Of a stretch of DNA of 34,692 bases, positions 25,485-34,692 are shown piece by piece (the first letter of the stretch is position 1; every line of letters begins with the position of its first letter). The notes under the pieces are model-generated. The model was not told the origin of the DNA, searched no databases, and saw only the letters and a program-made list of their open reading frames with translations. Both the position numbers and the translations under genes were made by a program. The DNA comes from a virus (taxonomy: Duplodnaviria > Caudoviricetes), in IMG/VR virus record IMGVR_UViG_3300032281_000474, positions 1 to 34,692 of that record; one strand, written 5' to 3'.

Positions 25485-26873
25485 TTATAGTATAACTGCC
25501 TCGATAAGGCCTTTTTCATTGTCTTCCAATGCTATAGCAAAAACTTTATTAAATTCATCACTTACTTTTGCTGCATAACCACCGTTACCTGCAACTAACT
25601 CGTCGCCTTTTTTTATATCGCCAGTTACTTTGACTAAAACACGGCCTTTTAATGCAATTGGTTGACCTTCTGCTTTTGCATTCATTAAAAAAGCAGGTTT
25701 TTCAGATATAACACCTAAGGCTCTATGTCCTACAAAACATTCTGTTACTTCTTGTGAACCACCTATCATCACAACAGTACCTATATTATAATTTTTATCT
25801 GTTTTATAAATTTCGGCTAAATCGGCGTAATTTGCTTGTGCAGCAGTTGTTGTTAAAACATTTGTACTAGGATTGTATGTCAAATCTGTATCTGTTTTTA
25901 TTGTTTGAGCACCTGTTGCAGCTGCGGAAAAAGTTATGAAATTAACAGCATTAGCAGAATTATCTGCTGTTAAAGTAACTAAAGAGGCTGTGGCACCTGA
26001 ACCTGTTAGTGTTGTTGCATTTATAGTGTTAACAGTTAATGTATCTGCTGATAGATTTAATTTTGCAGCTCTAATTGTATTGTCGGCAATATCTTCATTT
26101 ATAATCGTACCATTAGCAATCATTGTACTTGTAACCGTACCTGTGTCGCCTGTTGTTACAACTGTACCTGAAATATTAGGTATTGTTATTGTTCTGTCGG
26201 CCGTAGGGTCAATAACTGTTAATGTTGTTTCAAAGTTATCTGCTGTTGCGCCTTCAAAAACTATATCACCTGAAGTTAAATTTAAACTTGTGCCTTGTAA
26301 TGTACTAGAAAATGTTCCTGTTGTACCTGATACTGCACCGGTAAATGCACCCGTTGTTCCTGATAAGGCACCAGTAAATGTACCAGTTGTTCCTGATATT
26401 GCGCCTGAAGAAATTAAAGAAGTTGCGTTTATTGCACCAGCAGATAATGTACCGGTTGTTGTTAAATTTTCATTACTAAAACTTATAGAACCTGTTGAAC
26501 TTGTAATTAATCCTGAAGATATTGATATAGTGCTGACATTTAATCCTGTTACAATAGAAACTGTGTTTGGAAGACTTAAAGTTAAAGTGTCAGGTGAACT
26601 TACAACGGCATTAATTTGATTATTTGCGCCTACAACATCTAAAGTTTGACCAGCACCAATAACTTGAATTGTTGAACTCGAATCTCTAATCGTCCAACCA
26701 GCAGCAGAAAAGGCAACAGCCGCTATTTCTACAACAGCACCACAAATAGAAGTTGCTGATAAACCAGCACCTGCAAGTATTGAAGGATTCCCAAAATCAT
26801 TTGTAGTTAAGTTGTTTAACTTAACTCGCATTTGTTCTAGTGTATCAGTGGTATTGATTATTGTAAATGCCAT
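25485..26873 (-). CDS. Tail fibre with C-terminal intramolecular chaperone/autoproteolytic-like domain
   Basis: MAFTIINTTDTLEQMRVK.N (T4-like fibre N-terminus); T/G/S-rich shaft; YADLAE.Y...GTVV...GVIS..PA.LMN...IALKGRV.VKV.G.I.KGD.LV (peptidase-G2-like C-terminus). Confidence 0.8.
   Translation of the reverse strand: MAFTIINTTDTLEQMRVKLNNLTTNDFGNPSILAGAGLSATSICGAVVEIAAVAFSAAGWTIRDSSSTIQVIGAGQTLDVVGANNQINAVVSSPDTLTLSLPNTVSIVTGLNVSTISISSGLITSSTGSISFSNENLTTTGTLSAGAINATSLISSGAISGTTGTFTGALSGTTGAFTGAVSGTTGTFSSTLQGTSLNLTSGDIVFEGATADNFETTLTVIDPTADRTITIPNISGTVVTTGDTGTVTSTMIANGTIINEDIADNTIRAAKLNLSADTLTVNTINATTLTGSGATASLVTLTADNSANAVNFITFSAAATGAQTIKTDTDLTYNPSTNVLTTTAAQANYADLAEIYKTDKNYNIGTVVMIGGSQEVTECFVGHRALGVISEKPAFLMNAKAEGQPIALKGRVLVKVTGDIKKGDELVAGNGGYAAKVSDEFNKVFAIALEDNEKGLIEAVIL
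26300..26410 (-). repeat. 11-aa (33-nt) degenerate tandem repeat in the fibre shaft
   Basis: SGAISGTTGTF-TGALSGTTGAF-TGAVSGTTGTF-SSTLQGTS; boundaries approximate. Confidence 0.8.
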
Positions 26874-26876
26874 TGT

Positions 26877-27101
26877 CTATTTTTTAATTACCTCTTTTAA
26901 TAAATTTTTAATTTCAAATAACTCTTGTTTCAACAGATTAATTTCTTTTATAGTATTACGTATCTGATCGCTTTGTTCTTCTCTATTCTTAATTCTATTC
27001 ATATACAATTGGTATTCAGTTTTATTTGTATTTACAATTGCATTTGACCTTACATCTCTTTCTAAAGAACTATGGCCTTCTACTTTAAGTTTAATACTCA
27101 T
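26877..27101 (-). CDS. Small conserved T4-like phage protein (coiled coil)
   Basis: KVEGHxxLxRDxxSxAIVNT..xEY motif; this type of gene typically follows the large virion gene in aquatic T4-like phages. Confidence 0.75.
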   Translation of the reverse strand: MSIKLKVEGHSSLERDVRSNAIVNTNKTEYQLYMNRIKNREEQSDQIRNTIKEINLLKQELFEIKNLLKEVIKK

Positions 27102-27102
27102 A

Positions 27103-30100
27103 TTACGCTGCTAATGCAATTCCTCTTAAATCTCTTATAAGTGGAGGATAAGATGAATTACTACCTTTCATAACTATTTTAATTTGAAATGCTGTAAATT
27201 GATTTAATCCTGATGCTGAATATTTGTATTCTTTAAACGTACTATCATTTTCAGCAGGAGTAACCGTTGTATCTTCGTTACCATCTGTGTTAAAAGGTAT
27301 CCAAGATAGATCATTAATATTTCTAACTTCTGTTCCATCTGTAATTTTATAGAAAACTTTTACAGAAGAACTTGCCATAACATTTTGTGTTAACCTTATA
27401 TCTAACGCTGTTGAAGTATTATCTAATACGATAGGTCTTGTGCAATAAATTGCAGCTGTAGATGAACCAGAAGAAACCGTGTCATCAACAAAATTTGGTG
27501 TATTAGCAGATGTAGGATTATTTAATCTGTTTTGAACAGCGACCATACTCATACGTTTTATATCTATTACAGGTGAAAGTTTTGAACTTAAACTTGATAA
27601 GGTTAAATTAACAAATAGTGATTTACTTCCACTCATTTCATTAGTTTCGTTTATTTGACTTGCAACTAATTGGGGTGAAGTAAAATATATATTATTTCCT
27701 ACATTAACTCCTATTGCATTAGAAATTGATGTTAAACCAAATTGAGCTTCATCGCCGTTTATTGATTTACCTGACGTTGTTCTCATTTCATAATTGATTG
27801 TTGTAGCAGGTACAGTCAATGATCCTATATTTAAACAAGAAACATCAAATAATCTATTTTGTGTGGCTGTTACTGTTGTACCACCTATATCACCTGTAGC
27901 ATTTGCCGTACCAGCAGTTGTAATATCATAACTGTCAAGTGTTACGTTTGAAATGCTTGTATATGTTCCGTTTATTGCCGTATGAACTATACCATTATAT
28001 GTGCCTGCAGTTATACCAGCAATTGTAACATTATTGGTTATGCCGTGCATACCGTGATTTTTGTGGAACACTCTTATTACGCCTGAACCATTTGTTGTTC
28101 TCAAAGAATTATTTGGTAAATTTTTTGTAGGTATAACATCATTTACAAGTGTAATTCTTCCAATCTGACTATTATTAAATTCAGCACGATTTAATTTAAA
28201 CTTAATATCGGTTGTTTGATCGGCAGTCCACGTAGAACCGTTTTGAGATTTAAAGAAAACACCTGCATATGGGTTTGAAGAAATTGTACGATTAGACCCT
28301 ACTTGTTTTTCTCCTAATGTGGCAACCCAAGCATTGTAACTATCACAATTACTTAATAAACAAAAACAATATTCTGTTTTTTCTTGTAAATAAACTGGTG
28401 AAGAAAAAGTAAACTTAGTGGCAATTGAAGAGTCAACAGAAACACTAACTGAACTTGGATTTAAAACTACTTCACCAAAAGGCACAATTGTGCGAGAAGG
28501 ATAACCATTTACAACTTCTCTTATTTGCATTGTAACAGGAATGTTGGCATCTTTTGATTGAAAATAAGTTTCAATAGATGTTACAAAAACACCACCAGTG
28601 TCATCAATTAAAAATGTTTGTGCAATAGGATCAATCCAACCTACAACTTCAGTTGTTGTTCTTGTAGATGTTCTTGTAATATTTCTTGCATCATTTGTAG
28701 TTTGTCTAACTAATTGTGGTTCTCTTGTAGATACAATAGTATTTTGTACAGTTTCTAAAGAACCTCTTGCCGTATAATCTGCTTCAGCTGATGTTTCTAC
28801 ATCTTGTGTAGAATTTGTAATTGAACTTGTTAATCTAAATATTCTTTGACCTGTTCTCCATCTAGGATTATTGTTATTTGTAGGATCAGGAATAGTAAAA
28901 GTACCTGAACACGCACCATTTGCATCTGTAACTATATTACCACCTAATGAACCGCCTGTTGGTATAACATAATTTGTAATATCTATATTATCAAAATAAG
29001 GATAAACTCTTGTGTTAGGTTTCATTCTAGTACCTGTAAAATTAATTGTTCTACTTCTTATAAAAGGTATAAATGCTATGTTTAAAACTCTATCACCTAA
29101 AGATGTTCTTACAACTTGTGGAATTAAAGTTGATCTTATACCTGTTCTTGTTTGACCTATATCTTGTGATATAGTAGTTGTAACATCTGCTATAATAGCA
29201 CGTCTACCGCCTCCGCCGGCATCTCTACCAGCTCCTCGTGTAACAGTTTCAGTAGGCGTTCCTTGCCAGAAATCTTGCCATTCATTCCACACCGTATCTA
29301 TTTCTACTTCTGCTAAATTTGGATTGCCTAAGGTTGCAACCATAGTGTCAAAACCACCTTGTTGATTAATTAATAAATCAGGAACTCTATTTGTTTCTTT
29401 CCATTCATCACCAGGAGGGTCTAATACAACTGAACCTGCCCACGTAAATATATTAAATGGGTTTACGTTTACATATCTACTAGCATATGACTGTTCAATT
29501 ATAGTTTGTTCTGTGTAAGGTAGAGTTAATAAATCTCCAGTTTTTTGATAGTGAGCTTCTGTTCTGTCAGCGGCAACGATAGCTGTGCCATCATTATCTG
29601 CTTCAATTAATTGTACTGATTCAGAATTAAACATAGGTCTTAACTGTCCTCTCGCCATGTCCATAGAAACTCTATAATCTAAATTACCTACATCGCCAAT
29701 ACCGTGGCCTGTAAAATTATCTACAATAAATCCATTTTTAAATCTATCAAATCCTTCAGAGTCTTGTATTTGTAAACCTTGTGCTTGTGTTTCTAGTAAA
29801 GATAATTGTGTATAGTATTCTACATTTTCAATTCTTTTTTCTAAACGACCAATATCTCTCATAGTGTATCGTTTATTATCTTGTTTATCTATAATTAAAT
29901 CTTTTTCATTTAAAGTATAAGCATTTAAAAATATAGTATAAAGGTGCATAGCATTTTCAAGACCTTTAGGAATTTGTGGACTTAAAGAACTAGAACCTTT
30001 TAAAACTTTAAAATTACCATCTTTATCTAAAAATATTTTATCTATTCTAGGTAAATAATATTCTAAATCGGTAGTTATATCATCATTAAATTGTATGACA

Positions 30101-33100
30101 TTAACAGTGGAAGCACCTGTTGCTATTGTAGCTGAAGATGATTGATAAAATCTATTTGATGTTGAACCTGTTATTGTTGAAGCATCAGCAACTCTAGGTC
30201 TAAAATCTAAACAATCTCTTAAATTATATGTTTTACCTGTTGTGTCAGAAATGTAAGAAGGAATAGATTCATAGTCTAAAACTCCAGTATATGAGTCAAC
30301 ATCAAAATAATCACCATTACCGTGTGAGAAAAAATCAAAATCTATTAACAATCTTCCTGTTGGTGCAATTGCACCTGTTTTTAATTTAATTCTACCAATG
30401 TCATAAAAATTATCTCTTTGTCCATTGTCTAGTGAAAATCTGTTTGTAACGTTTGTATTAGCAGATGTAGCATTTGTAGAGAAGTTTGCTGACATATAGA
30501 TATTATTAATACGAAAAATGTCTGCTTTTCCTAAACCAATAACACCAGATTGTATTTCAGTTTGTGATGTAACATTTAAGAGAGTGTTAGCATTATATGT
30601 TTTTGTTTTTGAATTTTGTGTATCAGCACTAACAGTTGCTAATATTTTAATTTTTGCGTTGGCATAATTTGTACCAAAATTAAGTGTTAAAGTTTTTCCT
30701 ACTGGAATACCGCCTCTTGTAAATATTTGATTACCTAAATGATTGTTTCCTGATAAACTTAAAACATCACCGACAGCACCAACCGTAGCAGATCCTATTG
30801 CCATAATAGAAACCGAAAAATCTTTTTCAGCTAAACTTGTAAATTCTTCGTTTGTGCCAGCAGTAATTGTAACAGATCCAGAAGATAATGTTGACACAAA
30901 TTGTTTTCTTATTTTAAAGTGTGTATCTGTAACACCACCGTTGGCTGTAGTTTTTAATGTTTTAATTACGTTAAATGGTAATTGAAATATTGAAATATTT
31001 TTATTAGAGCCTTGTAATTTACCACGATTTCTTAATGCAACTGTTTTAGTAGATACATCAGAAGCACCAACTGCTGTTGTTAATTGTAAACTTGTATTTG
31101 AAGAAATAGATTTTACTATTCTAGTAATTGAAGAACCAACATCAGTAGTAAATGTAATTGAATCACCAATACGTAATTCTGTATTAAATAAAGTACCAAA
31201 TCCTGCAACTGTTGTTCCATTGTTTGCAACTGAAATTGAACCAAATACTGGATAATTATCTCCGTATATTGAATCTAATGCAACGTCAGCTGTATATGTT
31301 GGCGACCCTGCCATACCAATTTGTTTTACTTGTGTAAAGTCAAAAGATTGTACACCTTTAAATCCGTATCTATCATACTGTATAACACCTGTAGCAGCTG
31401 ATATACTGCCTGTAACTGTTTCTCCAGAAATAAATGTTTTTGTTACATTATTTAAAACTGTAACTGCGTGTGTAACTGTTGGAGCTGATGTAAATGCCGT
31501 TACACCTATTGCTGTATCACCATTTGCATTAAATAATTCGAATGTGTTTGTTGTAGGATTTTTTACAGTATAGACGGCAGCAACAGCACCTGAAATAGAA
31601 CCTGTTAATGTCCAAGAACCACCTGTTAATGTAATTTGTTGACCTTCTTTAAAACCATGATTATTTAAAGTAACAACACCTGGACTTGCAACTGAAATAC
31701 TTGTAACTGCTGTATTTCTTGTTGTTGAAATAGATTGAACAATACCTGTTGCACCTGAAGTACCACCTGTTACTTTCTCTCCATTCGTAAATACTGGTGC
31801 TGTTTGTATATTTAAATGTGTAAATAATTCTATATCAAATAGATAATGTTTGTATACTGCACTTGTTAAAGATGTACTAGAAAATATGTTTGCACTGGCA
31901 GTTCCATTGTTTAATTCAAAGCCTCTCGACTTAGCACGACCAATTTGTGGAATTGTAACTCCAACAGTTGATTGTTCTGTACCTCTCGTTGCAGTTGCTG
32001 TGTCATATAGTTTAATTTCTTTAAATACTTCTACTTCACTTGAAACAAATCCTATGTCAGGCGTACCAAAAACGTTTTTAACATTTACATAATTTTCTAC
32101 ATCAAATCTCGTATCAAAAGAATTTTCAGATTCAAACTCTCTTGCTTTATCAATATCTAAGAATGTTGTACCCAAAGTTTCAATTTCGTAACCCTTAACA
32201 TATGCTTTTCCTGGTGATAATCCAGCAGCTAATTTTGTTTGTGAACCACCTGCTGTATCTAAATATATACCTCTATTATTTCCATCAACAATGTGTTCTC
32301 GCATATCTAAATCAAAATCTCTTACAGTGTAATCACCTGATTCATCATATGTTCGTCTTGCGAATGTATCTTCTAAGACAGCATATTCAGTTGAACGAAC
32401 TTGGTTTAATCTTATACCGTTTGATAATCTTAATAATTCTACAAAGTTAGCATCATCAGTAGAAGTTAAAGTTTTCTTTGCTAATGTTAAATTTATTTTA
32501 AATCTATGAGCACCTGGTGCATTTAAATTTGAAGAACCTTGAGCATTATCAACCAATGATGTGTCATCATTTGAAGTAATAAAAGATTCTGTGATTGTTA
32601 AACCTATTCTATAATTAGGTGTGTTTGTATATTTGTCTAATATTAAAGTTTGAGATGAAACTGATACGTGAAATCCATTAATATAATAAACACCTGATGC
32701 TATATTTGCCGCTGAACCAGTTGCTGTTGAACTTACAACAGCCGTTGCAAGAACTGTGGCACTGCCTACTGTTCTCGCCTGTATTGTTTCAGTATTTGTA
32801 AAAACTAAAGATGTATTGTTTGTTCCTGTTTTATTATACTTAACATATAAAGTGTCTGGATCTGTACCGTCTGTTGCAACAGCGTTAATACAAATACCTA
32901 CAACACCTGAAGTAACACCTGTTATTTGTTTACCAACATATTCTGCAACCGTAGCAAAGGTTTTAGATGTTAATTTAACAGCGTAATATTCTAAATCAAA
33001 ACCAATTTCGCCTGGTATAATCATAGCACCTTTTTCAAAAAGGTGATCTGATAATCTCTCTACTTGATTTTGTAGTATTGTTTGTGATTGTGTTAACTCT

Positions 33101-33207
33101 CTTGCCTGTACTGCGAAGGCCGGTCTAAAAAGTACTCTATGAAACTTTTTCGACTCAGCATAGTCATCAAAGTAAGGTGAGAGGTTAAAGTCTGTTGGAC
33201 TTGGCAT
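27103..33207 (-). CDS. Large virion structural protein (DUF4815/VrlC-like, baseplate-associated)
   Basis: 2034 aa; N..PYFDD......HRVLFRP..AVQARELTQ.Q, APGAHR, ARRTYDESGDY, RYTMRDIG.LEKRI, DRFKNGFIVDNF, DPIAQTF, FKSQNGSTW motifs; follows gp8. Confidence 0.88.
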   Translation of the reverse strand: MPSPTDFNLSPYFDDYAESKKFHRVLFRPAFAVQARELTQSQTILQNQVERLSDHLFEKGAMIIPGEIGFDLEYYAVKLTSKTFATVAEYVGKQITGVTSGVVGICINAVATDGTDPDTLYVKYNKTGTNNTSLVFTNTETIQARTVGSATVLATAVVSSTATGSAANIASGVYYINGFHVSVSSQTLILDKYTNTPNYRIGLTITESFITSNDDTSLVDNAQGSSNLNAPGAHRFKINLTLAKKTLTSTDDANFVELLRLSNGIRLNQVRSTEYAVLEDTFARRTYDESGDYTVRDFDLDMREHIVDGNNRGIYLDTAGGSQTKLAAGLSPGKAYVKGYEIETLGTTFLDIDKAREFESENSFDTRFDVENYVNVKNVFGTPDIGFVSSEVEVFKEIKLYDTATATRGTEQSTVGVTIPQIGRAKSRGFELNNGTASANIFSSTSLTSAVYKHYLFDIELFTHLNIQTAPVFTNGEKVTGGTSGATGIVQSISTTRNTAVTSISVASPGVVTLNNHGFKEGQQITLTGGSWTLTGSISGAVAAVYTVKNPTTNTFELFNANGDTAIGVTAFTSAPTVTHAVTVLNNVTKTFISGETVTGSISAATGVIQYDRYGFKGVQSFDFTQVKQIGMAGSPTYTADVALDSIYGDNYPVFGSISVANNGTTVAGFGTLFNTELRIGDSITFTTDVGSSITRIVKSISSNTSLQLTTAVGASDVSTKTVALRNRGKLQGSNKNISIFQLPFNVIKTLKTTANGGVTDTHFKIRKQFVSTLSSGSVTITAGTNEEFTSLAEKDFSVSIMAIGSATVGAVGDVLSLSGNNHLGNQIFTRGGIPVGKTLTLNFGTNYANAKIKILATVSADTQNSKTKTYNANTLLNVTSQTEIQSGVIGLGKADIFRINNIYMSANFSTNATSANTNVTNRFSLDNGQRDNFYDIGRIKLKTGAIAPTGRLLIDFDFFSHGNGDYFDVDSYTGVLDYESIPSYISDTTGKTYNLRDCLDFRPRVADASTITGSTSNRFYQSSSATIATGASTVNVIQFNDDITTDLEYYLPRIDKIFLDKDGNFKVLKGSSSLSPQIPKGLENAMHLYTIFLNAYTLNEKDLIIDKQDNKRYTMRDIGRLEKRIENVEYYTQLSLLETQAQGLQIQDSEGFDRFKNGFIVDNFTGHGIGDVGNLDYRVSMDMARGQLRPMFNSESVQLIEADNDGTAIVAADRTEAHYQKTGDLLTLPYTEQTIIEQSYASRYVNVNPFNIFTWAGSVVLDPPGDEWKETNRVPDLLINQQGGFDTMVATLGNPNLAEVEIDTVWNEWQDFWQGTPTETVTRGAGRDAGGGGRRAIIADVTTTISQDIGQTRTGIRSTLIPQVVRTSLGDRVLNIAFIPFIRSRTINFTGTRMKPNTRVYPYFDNIDITNYVIPTGGSLGGNIVTDANGACSGTFTIPDPTNNNNPRWRTGQRIFRLTSSITNSTQDVETSAEADYTARGSLETVQNTIVSTREPQLVRQTTNDARNITRTSTRTTTEVVGWIDPIAQTFLIDDTGGVFVTSIETYFQSKDANIPVTMQIREVVNGYPSRTIVPFGEVVLNPSSVSVSVDSSIATKFTFSSPVYLQEKTEYCFCLLSNCDSYNAWVATLGEKQVGSNRTISSNPYAGVFFKSQNGSTWTADQTTDIKFKLNRAEFNNSQIGRITLVNDVIPTKNLPNNSLRTTNGSGVIRVFHKNHGMHGITNNVTIAGITAGTYNGIVHTAINGTYTSISNVTLDSYDITTAGTANATGDIGGTTVTATQNRLFDVSCLNIGSLTVPATTINYEMRTTSGKSINGDEAQFGLTSISNAIGVNVGNNIYFTSPQLVASQINETNEMSGSKSLFVNLTLSSLSSKLSPVIDIKRMSMVAVQNRLNNPTSANTPNFVDDTVSSGSSTAAIYCTRPIVLDNTSTALDIRLTQNVMASSSVKVFYKITDGTEVRNINDLSWIPFNTDGNEDTTVTPAENDSTFKEYKYSASGLNQFTAFQIKIVMKGSNSSYPPLIRDLRGIALAA

Positions 33208-33215
33208 ATATCTCC

Positions 33216-34691
33216 CTAAAACTCAATTACTAATTTAATATTTTCGGTTTGGTCCGCCGCTCTTGTTATTGGTGCTCGGTTTTCAATGTATAAAACATCG
33301 CCTTTGTGTCTATCTAATTCTGTATCTTTATAACCACTTGTAAATGTAATTGAATCAGCAGTTTCACTTGCGACAGCACTTGGTGTGCCTGTAGCACCTG
33401 AAGTTTGACCTGTAATTACGTTTGCACCACTAAATGCTGTACGATTACCGTTACTGTCAACGCCTTCATCATTAAATCTTGTTTGTATGTAATGTAATAT
33501 TCTATTTGTAGAATCCCATTCAACAACTTTTCCTACAGCACCTGTTGTTGCTTGATTAATTTCTTCATCAACTGCAAAAGTTCCTGGTGTAGGAGAAACA
33601 GCAAATCTTATTGCTTTTGTTGCACGTAATGTTGTAGTAGAAGCAGCAACACCACTCGAAAGAGGATTTCTTATTAGTACAATTCTTCTAAAATCGTTTG
33701 CAGCTGTAAAGTCGCCTGTGTTTGTAGATTCTGTTCCTTCTAAACTTACGTTTAACATTACAAAAAATCCACCTAATTCCGTAACTGCATTAAACCCATG
33801 TCCACCTCTTGGTTCAATAATACAATCTATTTCGACACCTGTTAAACCTGTTGCACCTTGAGAAACTATATCGGCATTTCTTATATATGCAATTTTATAT
33901 CCTGTTCCTGCTGAAGTTACTGTTATAGATGACACAATACCACCTGATACACCGATTGTAACTAATCCTCCTGTACCATCTCCACGAATAGGTATATTTG
34001 TGTATGTTCCATTTAATCCACCAGAACCTGCTGATTTAATTTTTACAATGTTGATTGCTCCATCAACAGCAGCGGCCGATACGGTATTATTTGTTGCAAC
34101 TGCCATAAAATCTGTTGAAAGAAAATTTGATTGTTGTGATGCTGATAAAGTGTACATATATTTGTACTTGTATCCATCACTTGTTTGTATAATAGAATTA
34201 GATGTACCAGTTGGTTCACTTATTGAAGTAGTAACAGCGTTATTATTATTATCTAAAACTTTGTAAACGTTTCTTGCAGCCGTCAATACATAAAAAGTGG
34301 CATCAAATAAAGTTGTTGCGGAGCTTTGTGCTGTTTGAGTTGTTGTTGTGCCTGTAATACGATTACCATAATCATGTCTATAATAATCGTAAACAACTCC
34401 TGCATTCCAATTTCTTCTTGGTATAACAAACGAAATATCTGATGTTGTAATTTTTTTAACAGCAAGTAAATCGTCAAAGGTATTAAATTCTTCTATAATA
34501 CTGTCTGATGGTGTAACTGCGGTTGAATCTGTGCCTTGATTTTCTGTTCTTAAATCACCTCTTGTTTGTGTAGCAAATGCTTGAGGTCTACCGATACCTA
34601 GGTAATATACTTCTGGTGAGGCTTCTGAAAACGACTCACTAAATTGTTCAGCGTTGTTGATTCTAAACTTATTTGTTATAATTGCTGGCAT
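33216..34691 (-). CDS. gp8: Baseplate wedge subunit gp8 (T4-like)
   Basis: MPAIITNKFRINNAEQF...YLGIGRP...VIPRRNW..G..YD.YRHDY...VYK.LDN...DGYKYKYMY...GGHG.NA..ELG...NDFRRI...GDVLYIENR.PI.R..DQTE.IKLVIEF. Confidence 0.9.
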   Translation of the reverse strand: MPAIITNKFRINNAEQFSESFSEASPEVYYLGIGRPQAFATQTRGDLRTENQGTDSTAVTPSDSIIEEFNTFDDLLAVKKITTSDISFVIPRRNWNAGVVYDYYRHDYGNRITGTTTTQTAQSSATTLFDATFYVLTAARNVYKVLDNNNNAVTTSISEPTGTSNSIIQTSDGYKYKYMYTLSASQQSNFLSTDFMAVATNNTVSAAAVDGAINIVKIKSAGSGGLNGTYTNIPIRGDGTGGLVTIGVSGGIVSSITVTSAGTGYKIAYIRNADIVSQGATGLTGVEIDCIIEPRGGHGFNAVTELGGFFVMLNVSLEGTESTNTGDFTAANDFRRIVLIRNPLSSGVAASTTTLRATKAIRFAVSPTPGTFAVDEEINQATTGAVGKVVEWDSTNRILHYIQTRFNDEGVDSNGNRTAFSGANVITGQTSGATGTPSAVASETADSITFTSGYKDTELDRHKGDVLYIENRAPITRAADQTENIKLVIEF

Positions 34692-34692
34692 A

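Noticed and set aside
1793-34266. All plus-strand ORFs in the track (e.g. 25936..26619, 6130..6501, 23518..23859, 1793..2089)
   Set aside because: They lie wholly or largely antisense to convincing minus-strand genes, and most have the V/P/A/L-rich composition expected of shadows of T/G/A-rich structural genes; no recognisable motifs.
1-34692. CRISPR array, tRNA/rRNA, integrase/transposase, intron/intein, stop-codon recoding
   Set aside because: No regularly spaced repeats or non-coding gaps large enough; no such motifs seen; genes tile densely under the standard code.

Overview
AT-rich segment of a T4-like myophage genome; essentially all real genes are on the minus strand. The architecture resembles marine/freshwater T4-like cyano-/pelagiphages, but the host is not determinable from sequence. 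In transcription order (right to left): baseplate wedge gp8, a 2034-aa virion protein, a small conserved protein and a fibre with a C-terminal chaperone-like domain. Next is a ~9.4-kb tightly coupled enzyme operon (25460-16071): 4 radical SAM/SPASM-type enzymes, 3 2OG-Fe(II) oxygenases, a cupin/JmjC-like protein, 4 unknown proteins and a 177-aa virion-like protein ending in CHSS-CHGS-CHGS-RGRR. A second block of tail-fibre/virion genes follows, under T4 late promoters (TATAAATA), ending in a tandemly duplicated two-gene cassette. Last is a sigma70-driven auxiliary operon (hypothetical, heme oxygenase, 2OG-Fe(II) oxygenase, and the N-terminus of a PcyX-like bilin reductase missed by the ORF track). 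The best candidate for an undescribed system is the rSAM/oxygenase operon, which looks like a phage-encoded RiPP-style machinery that modifies the Cys/His/Ser-repeat tail of a probable virion protein. All family assignments come from motif recognition by eye, not from searches.
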